Shown here: piece after piece, positions 1-12,030 of the stretch
Layout: each line of letters begins with the position of its first letter
How positions within the stretch are numbered: the first letter of the stretch is position 1
Assembly: GCA_951406725.2 (NCBI GenBank)
Contig: OX597824.1
Location: 67,022,001 to 67,086,000 of the forward strand
Length of the DNA: 64,000 bases
Reading direction: 5' to 3'
Origin: Octopus vulgaris
Lineage: Eukaryota
Made by a program: the position numbers and the translations under genes
The notes under the pieces: generated by a model
What the model was told of the DNA's origin: nothing
The model's database searches: none
Seen by the model: only the letters and a program-made list of their open reading frames with translations

Positions 1-194
1 GTGGCTTTTCACACACTGCCATCATAAAAAAATTGGTCTATTGGATTGTGTGATCTTAGATATATTGTATTTAAAATAAAAGGCTGGATTGTCAAGAGTG
101 GAATGTTTTTAATCATTGCTCAGAAACATCACACCTGAACTGGGACTAAATAGCAACAACAACAGCAACAATGACAACTAAAAAAATAGCTTAC

Positions 195-370
195 CTGGCT
201 TGTTGCATTTACGTTATGTGTCTTCAAATCTCCCATTTCTCGACCAGAGCAACCGCTTCCATATGCCACAAATGGTGGAAGTTTGATTCGTATCTTCGGT
301 TTGCCTGAATTTGTCTTTTCTTGGCTTTCAGTTTTTGCAGATGTGCGAGTAAGCTTTGGTTCTTCTGCGA
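195..370 (-). CDS. Internal coding exon, same gene
   Basis: Acceptor gtttattgtattcag|TC, donor CAG|gtaagc. 176 nt; its phase-1 start joins the upstream exon (G+TC=Val) to give VAEEPKLTRTSAKTESQEKTNSGKPKIRIKLPPFVAYGSGCSGREMGDLKTHNVNATSQ; ends in phase 0. Confidence 0.8.
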
Positions 371-647
371 CTGAATACAATAAACATCGACATTAGCTTT
401 GGTTAAAAAAAACAGAATTAAAGGGCTAACAAGTAAGTATATATATATATAAACAATTTAATTATCATTTGTTTGATCTGCATCACAACAATTCTCACTC
501 CAGCATCACATTCAACACACACACACACAGAGTACAGTATGAGCACAACACAATTCTTGCTTGCAGCTAGCAGTTCAACAACTTGAATAATGATTGTCTT
601 ATATATATATATATATATATATATACATACACATATACATATATCTA

Positions 648-820
648 TAGGGAGAATTCACAAAAAACCAAAAGACAAAGACAGGTGGTGTAGACAATAA
701 ACAGATGTATTAGTTTAATGCTCAGGAAGTGAAAAAGTCTTTAACGTTTTGAGCCTACACACTTCCACACAAAGTAACACAGAAAGAAACGGAGAGAAAA
801 TAAGGAAAGTGTAGTGGCTA
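648..820 (-). mobile_element. Degenerate copy of Penelope-like repeat end (related to 9581-9900)
   Basis: Aligns by eye with 9581-9770 (aaaagac...aggtgg...tgtattagt...gctcaggaa...aagtctttaacgttt.gagcctac); abuts (TA)n. Confidence 0.5.
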
Positions 821-1610
821 GCACACTAAGTGTTGACATTCTAGCTCACTTCTGCTGTTTACAGCAGTGCTTGGTAGGAAGGTGTGTAGCATGTGACTGT
901 TGCATTGACCATGACAGAGAAAGTTGTCACAGTGATACCTGCTCAGAGGTCCATGCAAAGTTGCAGAAAGTATATGGAGAGGAATGTATGAGCTGCATAC
1001 AAGTGTACGAGTGTTTCAAACATTTCCAAGATGGCTAAAATAATTTTGATAGTGATGAATGTTCTGGGAGACTCGCAGAACTGAGAAAAATATTGCAGAT
1101 ATTTGTGCATGCAGCTGTGAGGGGAAATGATTGAATCACCATCCATGAGTTATCAGAGGATGTGCAGATTAATTATGTTTCAGTTCAGGCCGTTATCACT
1201 GAAGATTTGGGTGTGAGATGTGTGTCTGCCAAGTTCGTGCCAAAACTGCTTTCAGCTAACCAAAAAGACACTCAGGTTTCGGTTCTACAAGAGCTCCTTG
1301 ATTATGTTGTGAATGATGAAAACTTTTTGAAAACTTTGCGTAGGTCTCTGAGCAGGTATTGCTAACTGTTTGGCAAAATTTGATGCAGATTCTCTGCTCA
1401 ACTTTCTCTGTCATGGTCAATGCAACAATCACATGCTACACACCTTCCTTCCAAGCACTGCTGTAAACAGTGGAAGTGAGCTAGAACATTAAAACTTGGT
1501 GCTCATGAAAAACAGAGTCCAAGGTCAATCTGTGCCGAGCAGCTTCACACTGTGTGCTTTAGCTTTGTTACTACGGTGACAATCTGGATACTTATTGATC
1601 AGACCATGTA
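821..1610 (+). mobile_element. Non-autonomous mariner derivative with inverted duplication of its 5' end
   Basis: Translations CSEVHAKLQKVYGEECMSCIQVYECFKHFQDG (mariner HTH region) and VSAKFVPKLLSANQK (WVPHEL-like linker). 1322-1500 is the reverse complement of 825-969. Right end terminates in TIR-like ...cttattgatcagaccatgTA. Confidence 0.8.
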
Positions 1611-2074
1611 GACTGAAACAATGCAAATCGAAGGGGCATGCACAAGAAAACTATGTACTACCCAATGTGGGAATTGAAGTTACAACCTTACAATCTTGAG
1701 TCCAATCTTCCTATCACCAGGCCATGCACCATTGTGTAATAGAGTCAACCATTTGCTTTTTAGCTACAGTGCTCAACAGGCTTTTCTACACATTTTCGGC
1801 TTATCTAGTCACACTAAAGAGGTCTGAAATGATCTAAAGCTACAGTAGAAGATGCTTACCAAAGATAAGATTACACCTGCAACTTCAAGGTTCAAAAGCA
1901 AATTTCTTACCTATTTGGCCATGACTTCACTGACTCAACACACATGTTCACAAACAGAATCCAATCCACTTATGACACACACTGTGTGTTAAAATTACCA
2001 ACAGAATCTTATTCAAAAAGAAGGGTTGATTAAATTCAATATTCCATGTTAGTGATTGTATGAGTCCATCTCAA

Positions 2075-2415
2075 TACTAGTTTCAAACATTGTACAAGGC
2101 CTGCAATTTTGAGGGAGGGGGTAAGTTGATTATATTGACCCCAGTGCTCAACTGATACTTATTTTATCGACCCCCAAAAGGATGAAAGGCATTATTAATG
2201 CATAGGCAGCAGGCTAGCAGAATCATTACTGCACCAAGAAAATGCATAGTGGTGTTTCTTCTGATTTTACATTCTGAGTTCAAGGGCTGCTGTGGTCAAC
2301 TTTGCCTTTCATCTTTTAAGGGTTGAAATGTCTACCAGTTGTGTACTAGGGTCAATGTAATTGACTGACTCCCTCCCACGAAATTGCTGGCGTTGTGCCA
2401 AAATTTGAAACTAAT
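2075..2415. mobile_element. Two SINE family-B fragments in opposite orientations
   Basis: Family motifs accccagtgctcaactg.tacttattttatcgaccc (minus, ~2075-2190) and ttctgagttcaa...ctttgcctttcatc (plus, ~2205-2415). Confidence 0.65.
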
Positions 2416-2788
2416 AATAATGCCTGCATCTGTCCAACTATCCATACATACAAACATGCATGCTTGCATGTATACATACATGACTAATCAAAAACAATAC
2501 ATACACACATGGACAAACACAATAAATGCATACAAGCTTAAACACATGGCAACACACACACACACACACACAAACACATACACAAATACACATAATCATA
2601 TACACACATTCACATAGATATTCACATACAGTCTATTACAAATCTATTGGTGGATCAACAGGAGTATTAGTACATATGTAAATGCATAAATGTACATACA
2701 TACACATGCACACAGACATGCATACACTCATATATATAAATCAGACACACACACACGCACACAAATTCACATACATTGTGTGTGTGTG

Positions 2789-2826
<38 letters not shown>

Positions 2827-2974
2827 TATGTGTCTGTGTGTGTAGTTAAACACAATCATACATACATATGCTTACTCATAACTGCACATATATACATGTA
2901 AATACACACTTATATGCACACAAATGCAACTCATACACAGCACAAGTGTAATAATGTCTGTACAAAGTTTTTAC

Positions 2975-3301
2975 CTTTTCTGTCATATTTTTGGTACATC
3001 AATGACCTATCAGCAGACTTTGATCTTCGAGGATGCTTCTTGGTATGATAATAACCGGTATATGTGAGCCTTTCTGTGGAGTTGGAGCGACGCATAAGTT
3101 TTTTTAAGAAGGGTAGCTGCTGGCCTGATTCTTCGCCATCTTGCATATTATTTTTATAGTTATTTATACCCAAAGGTGTGTGTTCATATTCATGCTTGCG
3201 GCGGAGGGTACGAAAGTGTTTGTTGGCCTCATAGATAATTTCACAAATTTCTGGGTCCACAGGAGAGAACTGACGCTCGTATTCACTCTTCATTTTGGAA
3301 G
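2975..3301 (-). CDS. Coding exon (probably first coding exon; ATG at 3293) of an uncharacterised protein
   Basis: On the minus strand: polypyrimidine tract and acceptor (tttttgtttttatttttactcag|CTTCCAAAATG), donor AAAAG|gtaaaa. 327 nt open frame MKSEYERQFSPVDPEICEIIYEANKHFRTLRRKHEYE...DRK with non-repetitive composition. Ends in phase 1. Confidence 0.8.
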
Positions 3302-3789
3302 CTGAGTAAAAATAAAAACAAAAAAAAAAACAATGAATGAACTGAACAACAACAGCAATGAACTTCAACTCCAACATCAAAATTAGCTTCTATGCGAGTG
3401 CTCAATCTACAAGAAACAGTAACAAAATCTCCCTCAAATTGTTCACTATCAAGTTAAAAAAGAAGGAAAAGATACACTGGTTAATAACATAGTCCTAAAT
3501 GCACTGCCCATAGTATAGATGAGATGGTCACAGCTGGAAGGTCTTTGATTATAGGTTTGCTCAATCAGGGTTGGCTGACAGATGAATAAAAGCAACACCA
3601 ATGAACATCAACAAAATAGTGCCTTTACAATTTTAAGTTCCTTTAAAACATTGAGCATTTAAACCAACCATATCTGGTTCAAAGGAGGGGAAAAGGGAAA
3701 GAGGTGGAAGAGAAGGGGAGAAAGAAGAAGAGAAGGAGGTGGAGGAAGTGAAGAAGAAAAGGAAATTTCCCAGCAGTACAAGACCACAA

Positions 3790-5095
3790 ATAGGGTTATC
3801 ATCACATTATCATGGATTATATTTTAGTTATTTTATTGATCCTGAGAAATGAAAGGCAAAAGCAACCCTGACAGAAATTTGAATTCAGAATACTGAGAAA
3901 CAAAACTAGACTCTGTCAAGCATTTAGTTGGTGTTTCCCCATTTTTGTCAGTCCAAGTGAACATCATCATCATCATCATCATCAACAATAACAACAATGT
4001 CAATAATTGCTTCTATTTTAGGTACAAGGTCAGCAATTCTGAAGAGAGAAGAGTCTCGGTGATTAAATTTATCCTTGTACTTAACCTGTAGTTTATGTCA
4101 TAAACACCAGAGGGATGAAAGGCAAAGCTGACTATAGTTTGATTTGAACTCAGAATAGAAAAAGCTGGAACAAAAATGCAATGCATAAACTCTGATGCTC
4201 TTAAGATTTTGCTATGCCACTGCCTTTAAGCAACAACAACAACAACAACAACAACAACACTTATCCTTTCTACAATAAGCACAAGGCCTGAAATTTTAGG
4301 GATGGAGGCTTGTTGATTTAATCAGTCTCAGTGCTAAACTAGTACTTATTTCACTGAGCCCAAAGGGATGAAAGGCAAAGTCAATCTTGGCAGAATTTCA
4401 ATTCAGAACGTAAAGACAGATGAAATGATGCTGTGCATTTTTCCCAGTGTACAAATGATTCTGCCAGCTCATTGCCTTAAAGAACAATACTGGTTTCAAA
4501 TTCTGGCACAAGGCTAGCAATTTCAAGGAAGGGGCTAAATTGATTACATTGAACCCAGTACTCAACTGGTACTTATTTTATCGACCCCCAAAAGGATGAA
4601 AGACAAAGTTGTCTTCGGCAGCATTTGAACTCAGAATGTAAAGGCAGACAAAATACTGCAAAGCATTTTGCCCAGCATGCTAACAATTTTGCCAGCTCGC
4701 TGCCTTAACAATAATAATGATAATTTCTCCCATTGATAAGGCTACAAGTTTTTTAAGTAGGGATAATGGTAGGGATATAGCAATTAAATTAACACCAATA
4801 GATGACTGGTGATATTTTATCATTCAGAGAGAGAGGCGGGGAGAAACAAGGTTGAATTTAATTGGATTTTAACTCAGAACAAAGAGAGATGGAACTAAAA
4901 ACAGTCGACCATTTGGTTTAGTTACCCTATATCTCTGATATAGATCTCCAACTTTGACTCAAGGATTGTAAATTTGCAAATGAAACAGGGTAACACCAAA
5001 TGAAACAATGCCTTTACTGTGTCACTGATACATATTCTATTGGCCCCAGAGACATGAAAGGTAAAAACTGACCTAGGTGAGATTTGAACTCAGTG
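3790..5095 (-). mobile_element. Head-to-tail array of about 6 SINE family-B copies
   Basis: Repeated ggatgaaaggcaaag...atttgaactcagaa...ctgccagctc..gcctt units separated by (AAC)n/(AAT)n. Confidence 0.8.
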
Positions 5096-5407
5096 TATTG
5101 ACTACAGGTATAGCAGTTGGGTTAAAATGTTCACCTCGCACAGCTACACAGTTTCAATTCCTCAGTATGATATCTACAACAACTGTTTTCTAGCCTGAGG
5201 TCACAGACATTGGATAATGTTGACCTGGATAGACTGGATATAGCAGAAGGAAAAGACATGACTGTCACAGTGGAAATGCTTTTGAGCATTGATCTGCACA
5301 GTCAGGTCTAATCTGGGGCAAAATAACAATTGCAACAACATACATCAACAGAAGATATGTGCGCACGCACACACACACACACACTTGCACGCACTCGCAC
5401 ACACATG

Positions 5408-5790
5408 GTAGGTGCAGATGTGGCTGTGTGGCAAGAAGTTTGCTTCCCAGCCACATGGTTCTGGGTTCAGTGGTACTGTATGGTACCTTGGGCAAGTGTC
5501 TTCTACAAAAGCCTTGTGAATGGATTTGATAGATGGAAACTGAAAGAAGCCCATCATGTATAATATGTGTGTGTGTGTCTGTGTTTGTCCTCCACCACCA
5601 CTTAACAATTGGTGTTAGTATGTTTATGTCCACATAACTTAGCAGTTTGGCAAAAGAGACCAATAGAATAAGTACCAGGCTTTAAAAAATAACTAATGGA
5701 GTTGAATTGTTTGACTAAAAAAAAGAATCTTCAAGGTAGTGCTCCAGCATGGCCACTGTCTAATGACTGAAACAAGTAAAAGATAAAAAG
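5408..5790 (+). mobile_element. tRNA-derived SINE family A, near full length
   Basis: tRNA-like head (tggctgtgtgg...gggttcag), ccttgggcaagtgtcttct core, internal (TG)n, tail ctccagcatggcc...tgactgaaacaagtaaaaga. Confidence 0.8.
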
Positions 5791-5829
5791 ATCTATATCT
5801 ATCTATCTATATGTGTGTGTGTGCATGTG

Positions 5830-6700
5830 TAGTTTTTGACTGTATCTGGTATACAAATCTTCTCTCAAAATGCTTGCCTAGGGGACCCCACCCATCTCCC
5901 ATCTCTTTGATCAGTAGCTTACAATCAGATTGCACTACCACTGTGTTGATTGATAGACTTTTTGCAGTATCTCATTCTTTCAACTCCAACATACTTCCAG
6001 GGTTCAGTTTTGACTCATCTCACTGTCTTACTTTCTTCTATACATCAATAATGTACATGCCATAATATCCAACTACATACTCTTCATTCTTTCCTAACCT
6101 TTCTTAGCCATGCATCATCCAGACCTTGACGCCATACACTAAACCTACATCAATTCCATAAACAGAAACCTTGAAAAGTATCTGTCAATGGTTCAATGTC
6201 GATCCTGTCTCTCTCAGCTGCAAGAAAATACAAATGCTTCACATACCAAGAAAAACTTCATTGTATTACATCCATATCAGTCATGAGCAGTAACAACTAT
6301 AGCTCTTGTAATCATTCCAGCTCTTGAACTACAGTGTGACCAAGGATCCCTCCAGATGAAAACACATGCATAAGATCATATCACAATCATTGGCCTTCCT
6401 CTTCAGAGTCAAAATATACTTCAGCCCTTAAGAATTATTAATACTCTAGAAAGCTCAGATGAGGCCAAGAATAGAGCAATACTTTCATATCTGGGACAGT
6501 GCTGTTGATGCACACTCAAATGTCCTAGACAACATCTAAAAGAGTCACCCACAAAAACTTCAACCTAGTTTCTGGCCCACTGCCAAGCCCACCTGCCTTT
6601 TCAACAGGCATTGTAATGATCTCTACTCCTCAGAGCTGGCTGGGTTCATGCCACCTTCACCTTAATTGTGTCCAACCTCTCAGTCCTTGCATCCCGAATA
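5830..6700 (+). pseudogene. Decayed non-LTR retrotransposon RT fragment (CR1/L2/Jockey group)
   Basis: VFDCIWYTNLLSKCLPRG...ISSLQSD resembles RT motif AFDRVWH..LLSKL...ISSFLSD; AQMRPRIEQYFHIWDSA resembles YKAQVRP.MEY...IW. A related fragment lies at 59630-60130. Confidence 0.6.
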
Positions 6701-7009
6701 TCATATTAGCAAGTGTAAAGTGATTTCTTTTGTGCTGTAAACCATTTAACATTTCCAGGGTGCTTATTTTGCTTAATGGTTAATCCACCGCTGACCCCTA
6801 CACCCAGTTTTTCCTTCTCATAATGTCATGCCTCTGGAACTCCTTCTCTGTTAGTGTTGATGTGTAATGATTCAAAAGGAACATTAACATCAGAGTCACA
6901 AATCTCATAGAGCCAGTGAAGGTCACAGGAATTGTGTTCATTCCTCCATGCTTTGTAAGTAAAAAAAAAGGATATTTTATCTGAATTTCTGAGATGGAGA
7001 ATCATTATC

Positions 7010-7740
7010 ATCATCGTCATCGTTTAATGTCTGCTTTCCATGCTGGCATAGGTTGGACGATTTGACTGAGGGCTGGCAAGGCAGAAGGCTGCACCAGGCT
7101 CCAATCTGATTTGGCAAAGTTTCTACACCTGGATGCCCTCCTTAATGCCAATCACTCCGAGAGTGTAGTGGGTGCTTTTTATGTGCCACTGGCACGAGGG
7201 CCAGTCAGACGGTACTGGCATCGAACATGCTTGAATGGTGCTTTTTAGGTTCCACTGGCATGGGACCAGTCAGGTGGTACTGGCATTGACCATGACAATG
7301 ACTTCACTTGCCTCAACAGGTCTTTGCAAGCGCAGTTTATTGCCCAATGATTAAAGGGTACTCTTAAATTGGCTGGTTATGCTGCACTGGCATAGGCCTC
7401 AGTTACAGTCTCACTTGGCTTGCTGGGTCTTCTCAAGCACAGCATATCTCCAATGGTTTCGATCACTTGTCATCGCCTCGGTGAGGCCCAATGTTCAAAG
7501 ATTGTGCTTCACCACCTCATTCCAGATCTCCCTGGGTCTGCCTCTTCCATAAGTACCCTCTACTGCTAGGGCGTGGCACTTTTTCACACAACTGTCCTCA
7601 TCCATACACAACACATGACCTTACCAGCGCAGTTGTCTCTCTTGCACACACCACATCTGATGCTTCTTATGTCCAACCTTCCTCTCAGGGCGTTTACACT
7701 CTGTCGTGTATGCACATTGGCATTACACATCCAGTGGAGT
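7010..7740 (-). mobile_element. RTE-clade LINE 3' end (ORF C-terminus, 3' UTR, GAT tail)
   Basis: Minus translation MCNANVHTRQSVNALRGRLDIRSIRCGVQERQLRW*GHVLCMDEDSCVKKC..EGTYGRGRPRR matches the RTE RLRWYGHV...GRGRP motif; (GAT)n tail. Confidence 0.8.
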
Positions 7741-7894
7741 GAACATTATTATACACTACTATATTCTGATTAGTGTCTATGAAATTATCACTACTACATA
7801 CTTCTGTATTCAAACAAGTGTCATCACTCTGATTGATATAGTCACAACATTTCAGCTTTGCATCCACTTAGTTGCTTCAGGTTCCAAGCATGTT

Positions 7895-8124
7895 TAATAA
7901 CCCTTGAGCATTTAAACTGGCCATATCCAGCCCAAATATTCTACCGGTTTTACATTCAAACTGATCATATCTAGCTTCTCACACATACCCTACAATGTCA
8001 TTCTAAAAATAAACAATTGCATCACTGAACCCTCAAAGCTATAAGATAATGCATTATTAATACAAAATTATTTGAATAAATAAGCATAACATTTAACAAA
8101 GTAATCTGAACACTAAATGGTTAA
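7895..8124 (+). mobile_element. TTAA-associated MITE family E (piggyBac-like termini); other copies ~8680-8875, 39097-39313, 52793-53018, 55010-55640
   Basis: Ends resemble ttaaccctttagcatt...atgctaaagggttaa; the internal ccctacaatgtcattctaaaaataaacaat is shared by all copies. Confidence 0.6.
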
Positions 8125-9175
8125 TGTTGTTCTTGGAGTTTTAAATGAAACCTTTTATTAAACCAACAAATGTAGATTATCCTCATTCTGTTCTCCATTC
8201 AAAAAGGAATTCTCCTTATTAGTTATTCTCCTACCTAAGATGTTGCTTGAGCCAGAGTGTATATTATTTCACTGATCTAGAAACAAAATTCATATTCATT
8301 AGCTAAACTACACTTAACATTTATATTCACTATCCCTGTTGCCTGTAGGACTATTAAGAATCAACACATGCACTAGGAGCTCTTTTCCAAATGAGAGCTT
8401 TTTCCTTTTCTCAATTTTTTTCTTCCTTGTAAGTTACTTGGCAACCTCATTAGTGCTGGTTGTGTGGAAAAAACACTCAGTACACACTGTAAGGTGGTTG
8501 ACATTAAGAAGGGTATAGAAACCATGCCAAAGCTGATTTTGTTAAACCATCCAACCCATACTTGCATGGAAAGTGGACGTTAAATAAGGATGATGATAAT
8601 TCAGACTTTTTCCTAACTTTCCCAGTAGACCAGGCTGGAGTTCCAATAAGAGAACTTTTAATTAAGAAAAAAAAAAGAACATCAATCTTTTAGTATTCAA
8701 ATTACTCTGTCTAATGTAATGCTTATTTATTCATAGTGTTTTGAATTAATCACGCATCTATTTTGTAGCTTTGAGATTTCAGTGATGCAGAGGTGTGAGG
8801 AGCTGGAGCTGGCCAATTTGAACATAAAAACAATAGAATATTTGCTGCTATAAGTTGATTTCTTTAAATGTTAAAGTAACTGATGACCAGAAGAAATGTT
8901 AGGCTTAACACTTCTAATTTTCTTTATTAAATGATCCTATGAAAGATTGGGATAGAGGATATAAGCACTGATTAAGTGCACTAATTTAACTTGATAAGAG
9001 TTCAACACCTGGGTAAACTCTGAATAAATATATCAACTCTTCTCTCTACAGTGACCTTCTGGGCTTCACAACCATGAATATATTATATATTCTTTTACAT
9101 GCTTCAGTCATTTGACTGTGGCTATGCTGAAGCACCTCCATAATATATTTGTGTATATATATACATACATACATA

Positions 9176-9467
9176 TCACGTGATCATGTGACCGACCAGA
9201 CCATCAGATGTTGTTACACATAGCTGGTCACAATGCGTATGCATTGTTTTAGCCTTCGAATGACGCCACCCCGCTGGCTAAGCGAGCAGGCCAACAGAAG
9301 AAAGAATGGGAGAAAGAGTGGTGAAAGAGTACAGCAGGAATCACCACCCCCTGCTGGAGCTTTTAGGTGTTTTCGCTCAATAAACACTCACAACGCCTTG
9401 TCTGGGAATTGAAACTGTGATCCTACAACCACGAGTCCGCTACCCTAACCACTGGGCCATTGCGCCT

Positions 9468-9471
<4 letters not shown>
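9176..9471 (-). mobile_element. tRNA-derived SINE family C
   Basis: Head GGAGGCGCAATGGCCCAGTGGTTAGGG (A box) and gtttcaattccc (degenerate B box); non-tRNA body of about 230 bp. Confidence 0.75.
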
Positions 9472-9510
<39 letters not shown>

Positions 9511-9514
9511 TACA

Positions 9515-9580
<66 letters not shown>

Positions 9581-9581
<1 letters not shown>

Positions 9582-10215
9582 CGGGAAGCTTTATGAAAAT
9601 AAACAAAAGACGAAGGCAGGTGGAAAACAAACGAACAATTGTATTAGTATGGCGCTCAGGAAATATAAATAAAACAAGTCTTTAACGTTTCGAGCCTACG
9701 CTCTTCAACAGAAAGATACACAGAGAGAGAAAACACAGAAAGAAGGAGAGAAAAATGCGTGCAGTAGCTAACGAATCAACATGGCGATCTGATTTCGGCC
9801 AGAGGTCAAAGATCAAACATGAGACGCGAGAGCGAAATAAGGGGAGATAATAGGGTTGATAAAAGGGTTGAGGGACCAGCTAAAAGTGCGTGGGAGGGGT
9901 CTGGATGTGTGTATGTATAGGGTTGGTGTATGTATTAGTATGTATAAGGGTGTGTGTGTGTGTGTGTGTGTATGAGAGAGTATTAGTGCGTAAGATTGGT
10001 CTGGACGTGCGTATGTATGGGGTTGGTGTATGTATTAGTATGTATTAGTATGTATTAGTACGTATTGGTATGTATAGGTGTGTGTGTGTGTGTGTGAGAG
10101 AGTATAAGTGCGTATGCGGGGTCTGGACGTGTGTATGTATAGGGTTGGTGTAAGTATTAGTATGTACTGGTATGTATTAGTACGTATTAGTATGTATTAG
10201 TTGGTGTGTGTATTA
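9581..10215 (-). mobile_element. Penelope-like repeat with hammerhead motif, followed by three ~110-bp tandem units
   Basis: Hammerhead-like motif at 9679-9716; related copy at 648-820; units ggtctgga.gtg.gtatgtat.gggttggtgta recur at ~9898, ~10008 and ~10120. Confidence 0.5.
9679..9716 (-). ncRNA. Minimal type-I hammerhead ribozyme motif, variant core
   Basis: Minus strand reads TCTTT-CTGTTGAA-GAGC-GTAG-GCTC-GAAA-CGTT-AAAGA: stem I TCTTT/AAAGA, stem II GAGC/GCTC, palindromic ACGT in place of stem III. Core deviates from CUGANGA. Confidence 0.55.
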
Positions 10216-10259
10216 GTATGGCACATCATATGTGATGTGATGTGTAAAGTCATGTGGTG

Positions 10260-10550
10260 TAGTGAGGAGAAGAGGGGAGGGGGAGAAGAGGGGGAGGGGG
10301 AGAAGAGGGGGAGAGAAGGCGAGGGGAAGAAGAGGGGGAGGAGAAGGGGGAAGAGGAGAGGATGGGGGAGAATGAAGGGGAGGAGGGGGATGAAGGAGGA
10401 AAGAGGGAGAGAGGGAGTGAGGGAGCAGAGGGAAGGGGAAGAGGGAGGGAGAAAGAGGGAAGAAGGGAAGGGGAGTAGGGGTGAAAGGATGAAGGACTGT
10501 AGAAGTAGGGGTCGGGGGGAGAAAGGATAGGTGAGGAGGAGGGAGGGTGG
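10260..10550 (+). repeat. G/A-rich polypurine low-complexity tract
   Basis: Runs of GGGG/GGAG/GGAA over about 290 bp. Confidence 0.9.
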
Positions 10551-10726
10551 CGTGATGTCAGAATCAATAGCATGCCAGGCTTAATGGCATTTTGTCCATC
10601 CTTACATTCTGAGTTCAAATTCTGCCAAGGTTGATTTTGTCTTTCATCCTTTTGAAGTCAACAAAATAAGTACCAGTTGAGCACTGAGGTCAAAGTTGGT
10701 GATCTTGTGCCAGAATTTGAAACCAA

Positions 10727-10787
<61 letters not shown>

Positions 10788-10788
10788 C

Positions 10789-10829
<41 letters not shown>

Positions 10830-12030
10830 GTGCAGACATGGAAGTGGGGTTAAGAATTTTGCATCTGAACCATGTGTCTTTGGGTTGAGTCCCTCTGTGT
10901 AGCAGTTTCTACTACAACCATGAGCCAATACCTTGTGAGAGAATTTGGTAGAAGTAAACAGAGAGAAGTCCAGTGTGTGTAGACGTGTGTGCATGTGTGT
11001 GAGAGAGAGAGAGGGAGAAGATGTTTACAACCTGCACTGAGCTACAATTACAAACAAGGCTGTCATTGTTTGTAGTTGGCATTTGTTGATATTTCCTATC
11101 AACATGTCATCTGCCAGCTCTGCACTATCAACTTACATATTTGTAAAAGCTTGGTAACGGGAAGAATATCCAAAAGCGTATATGTGTGTATGAACATACA
11201 TAGTATACCATATCATGGTATACTCATCCCCTGATGAAGTCACAGGGACTAGAGAGAAAGAGAGAAAGAAAAAGAAAGAGAGAGAGGGACAGGGAGAGAG
11301 AGGGGGCAGAGAGAGAGAGAGAGAGAGACGGGGAAAGAACAGAGAAAGAGAATAATTGACCCCAGTACAGAACTTTACTGGTACTTTATCAACCCTGAAA
11401 GGATGAACGGCAATGAATAGCTTAGTGGGATTTGAACTCTGAATGCAGAGAACCAGAATAAATACCACAAGGTAATCCATCCAACACTAACAATATGGCC
11501 AATTTACCTTAAGTGTGTATGGGTGCATGTTAATAAGTGTGTGTGTGTGTGTGCATGTGAATATGACAAGCTTCTAGATAATTTTCATTAACCAAATTCA
11601 CAAGGTATTGGTTAACCCAAAGCTACAGTGGAAGACATTTGCCCAAGATGTTGCACAGTGGAATTGAACCTAGAACCAAGTGGTAACAAAAGAAACTTCT
11701 TAACCAGTCTGCCATGCAAACTTGGTTCAGAAGCAATGACTGCAGCAGTGAGAAAAATGACATTGGTATTTTGATAGTTGCATTATTTTGATAGTTGAGA
11801 CATTTATACTATAAACATAGGCATTTAGTGACAAGAGTTCCTCTACACAACCGCTTGTCAATTCCACTCTCTCTGCGACATTTCAACTGATCCTAATTGC
11901 AGTATCAGCTAAAATAAAGTTATTGTTGTCCTACTGACTGCCAATGTCACCTTGATTGTCATCATATCAGAACCAACATATTTATAAATCTAAACAAATT
12001 CTGCACAGCTTCAAAACAAAGTTCTGTAAA

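Noticed and set aside
9400-9471. tRNA gene (also 22347-22420)
   Set aside because: A/B-box-like head runs into a SINE body; no complete cloverleaf could be drawn.
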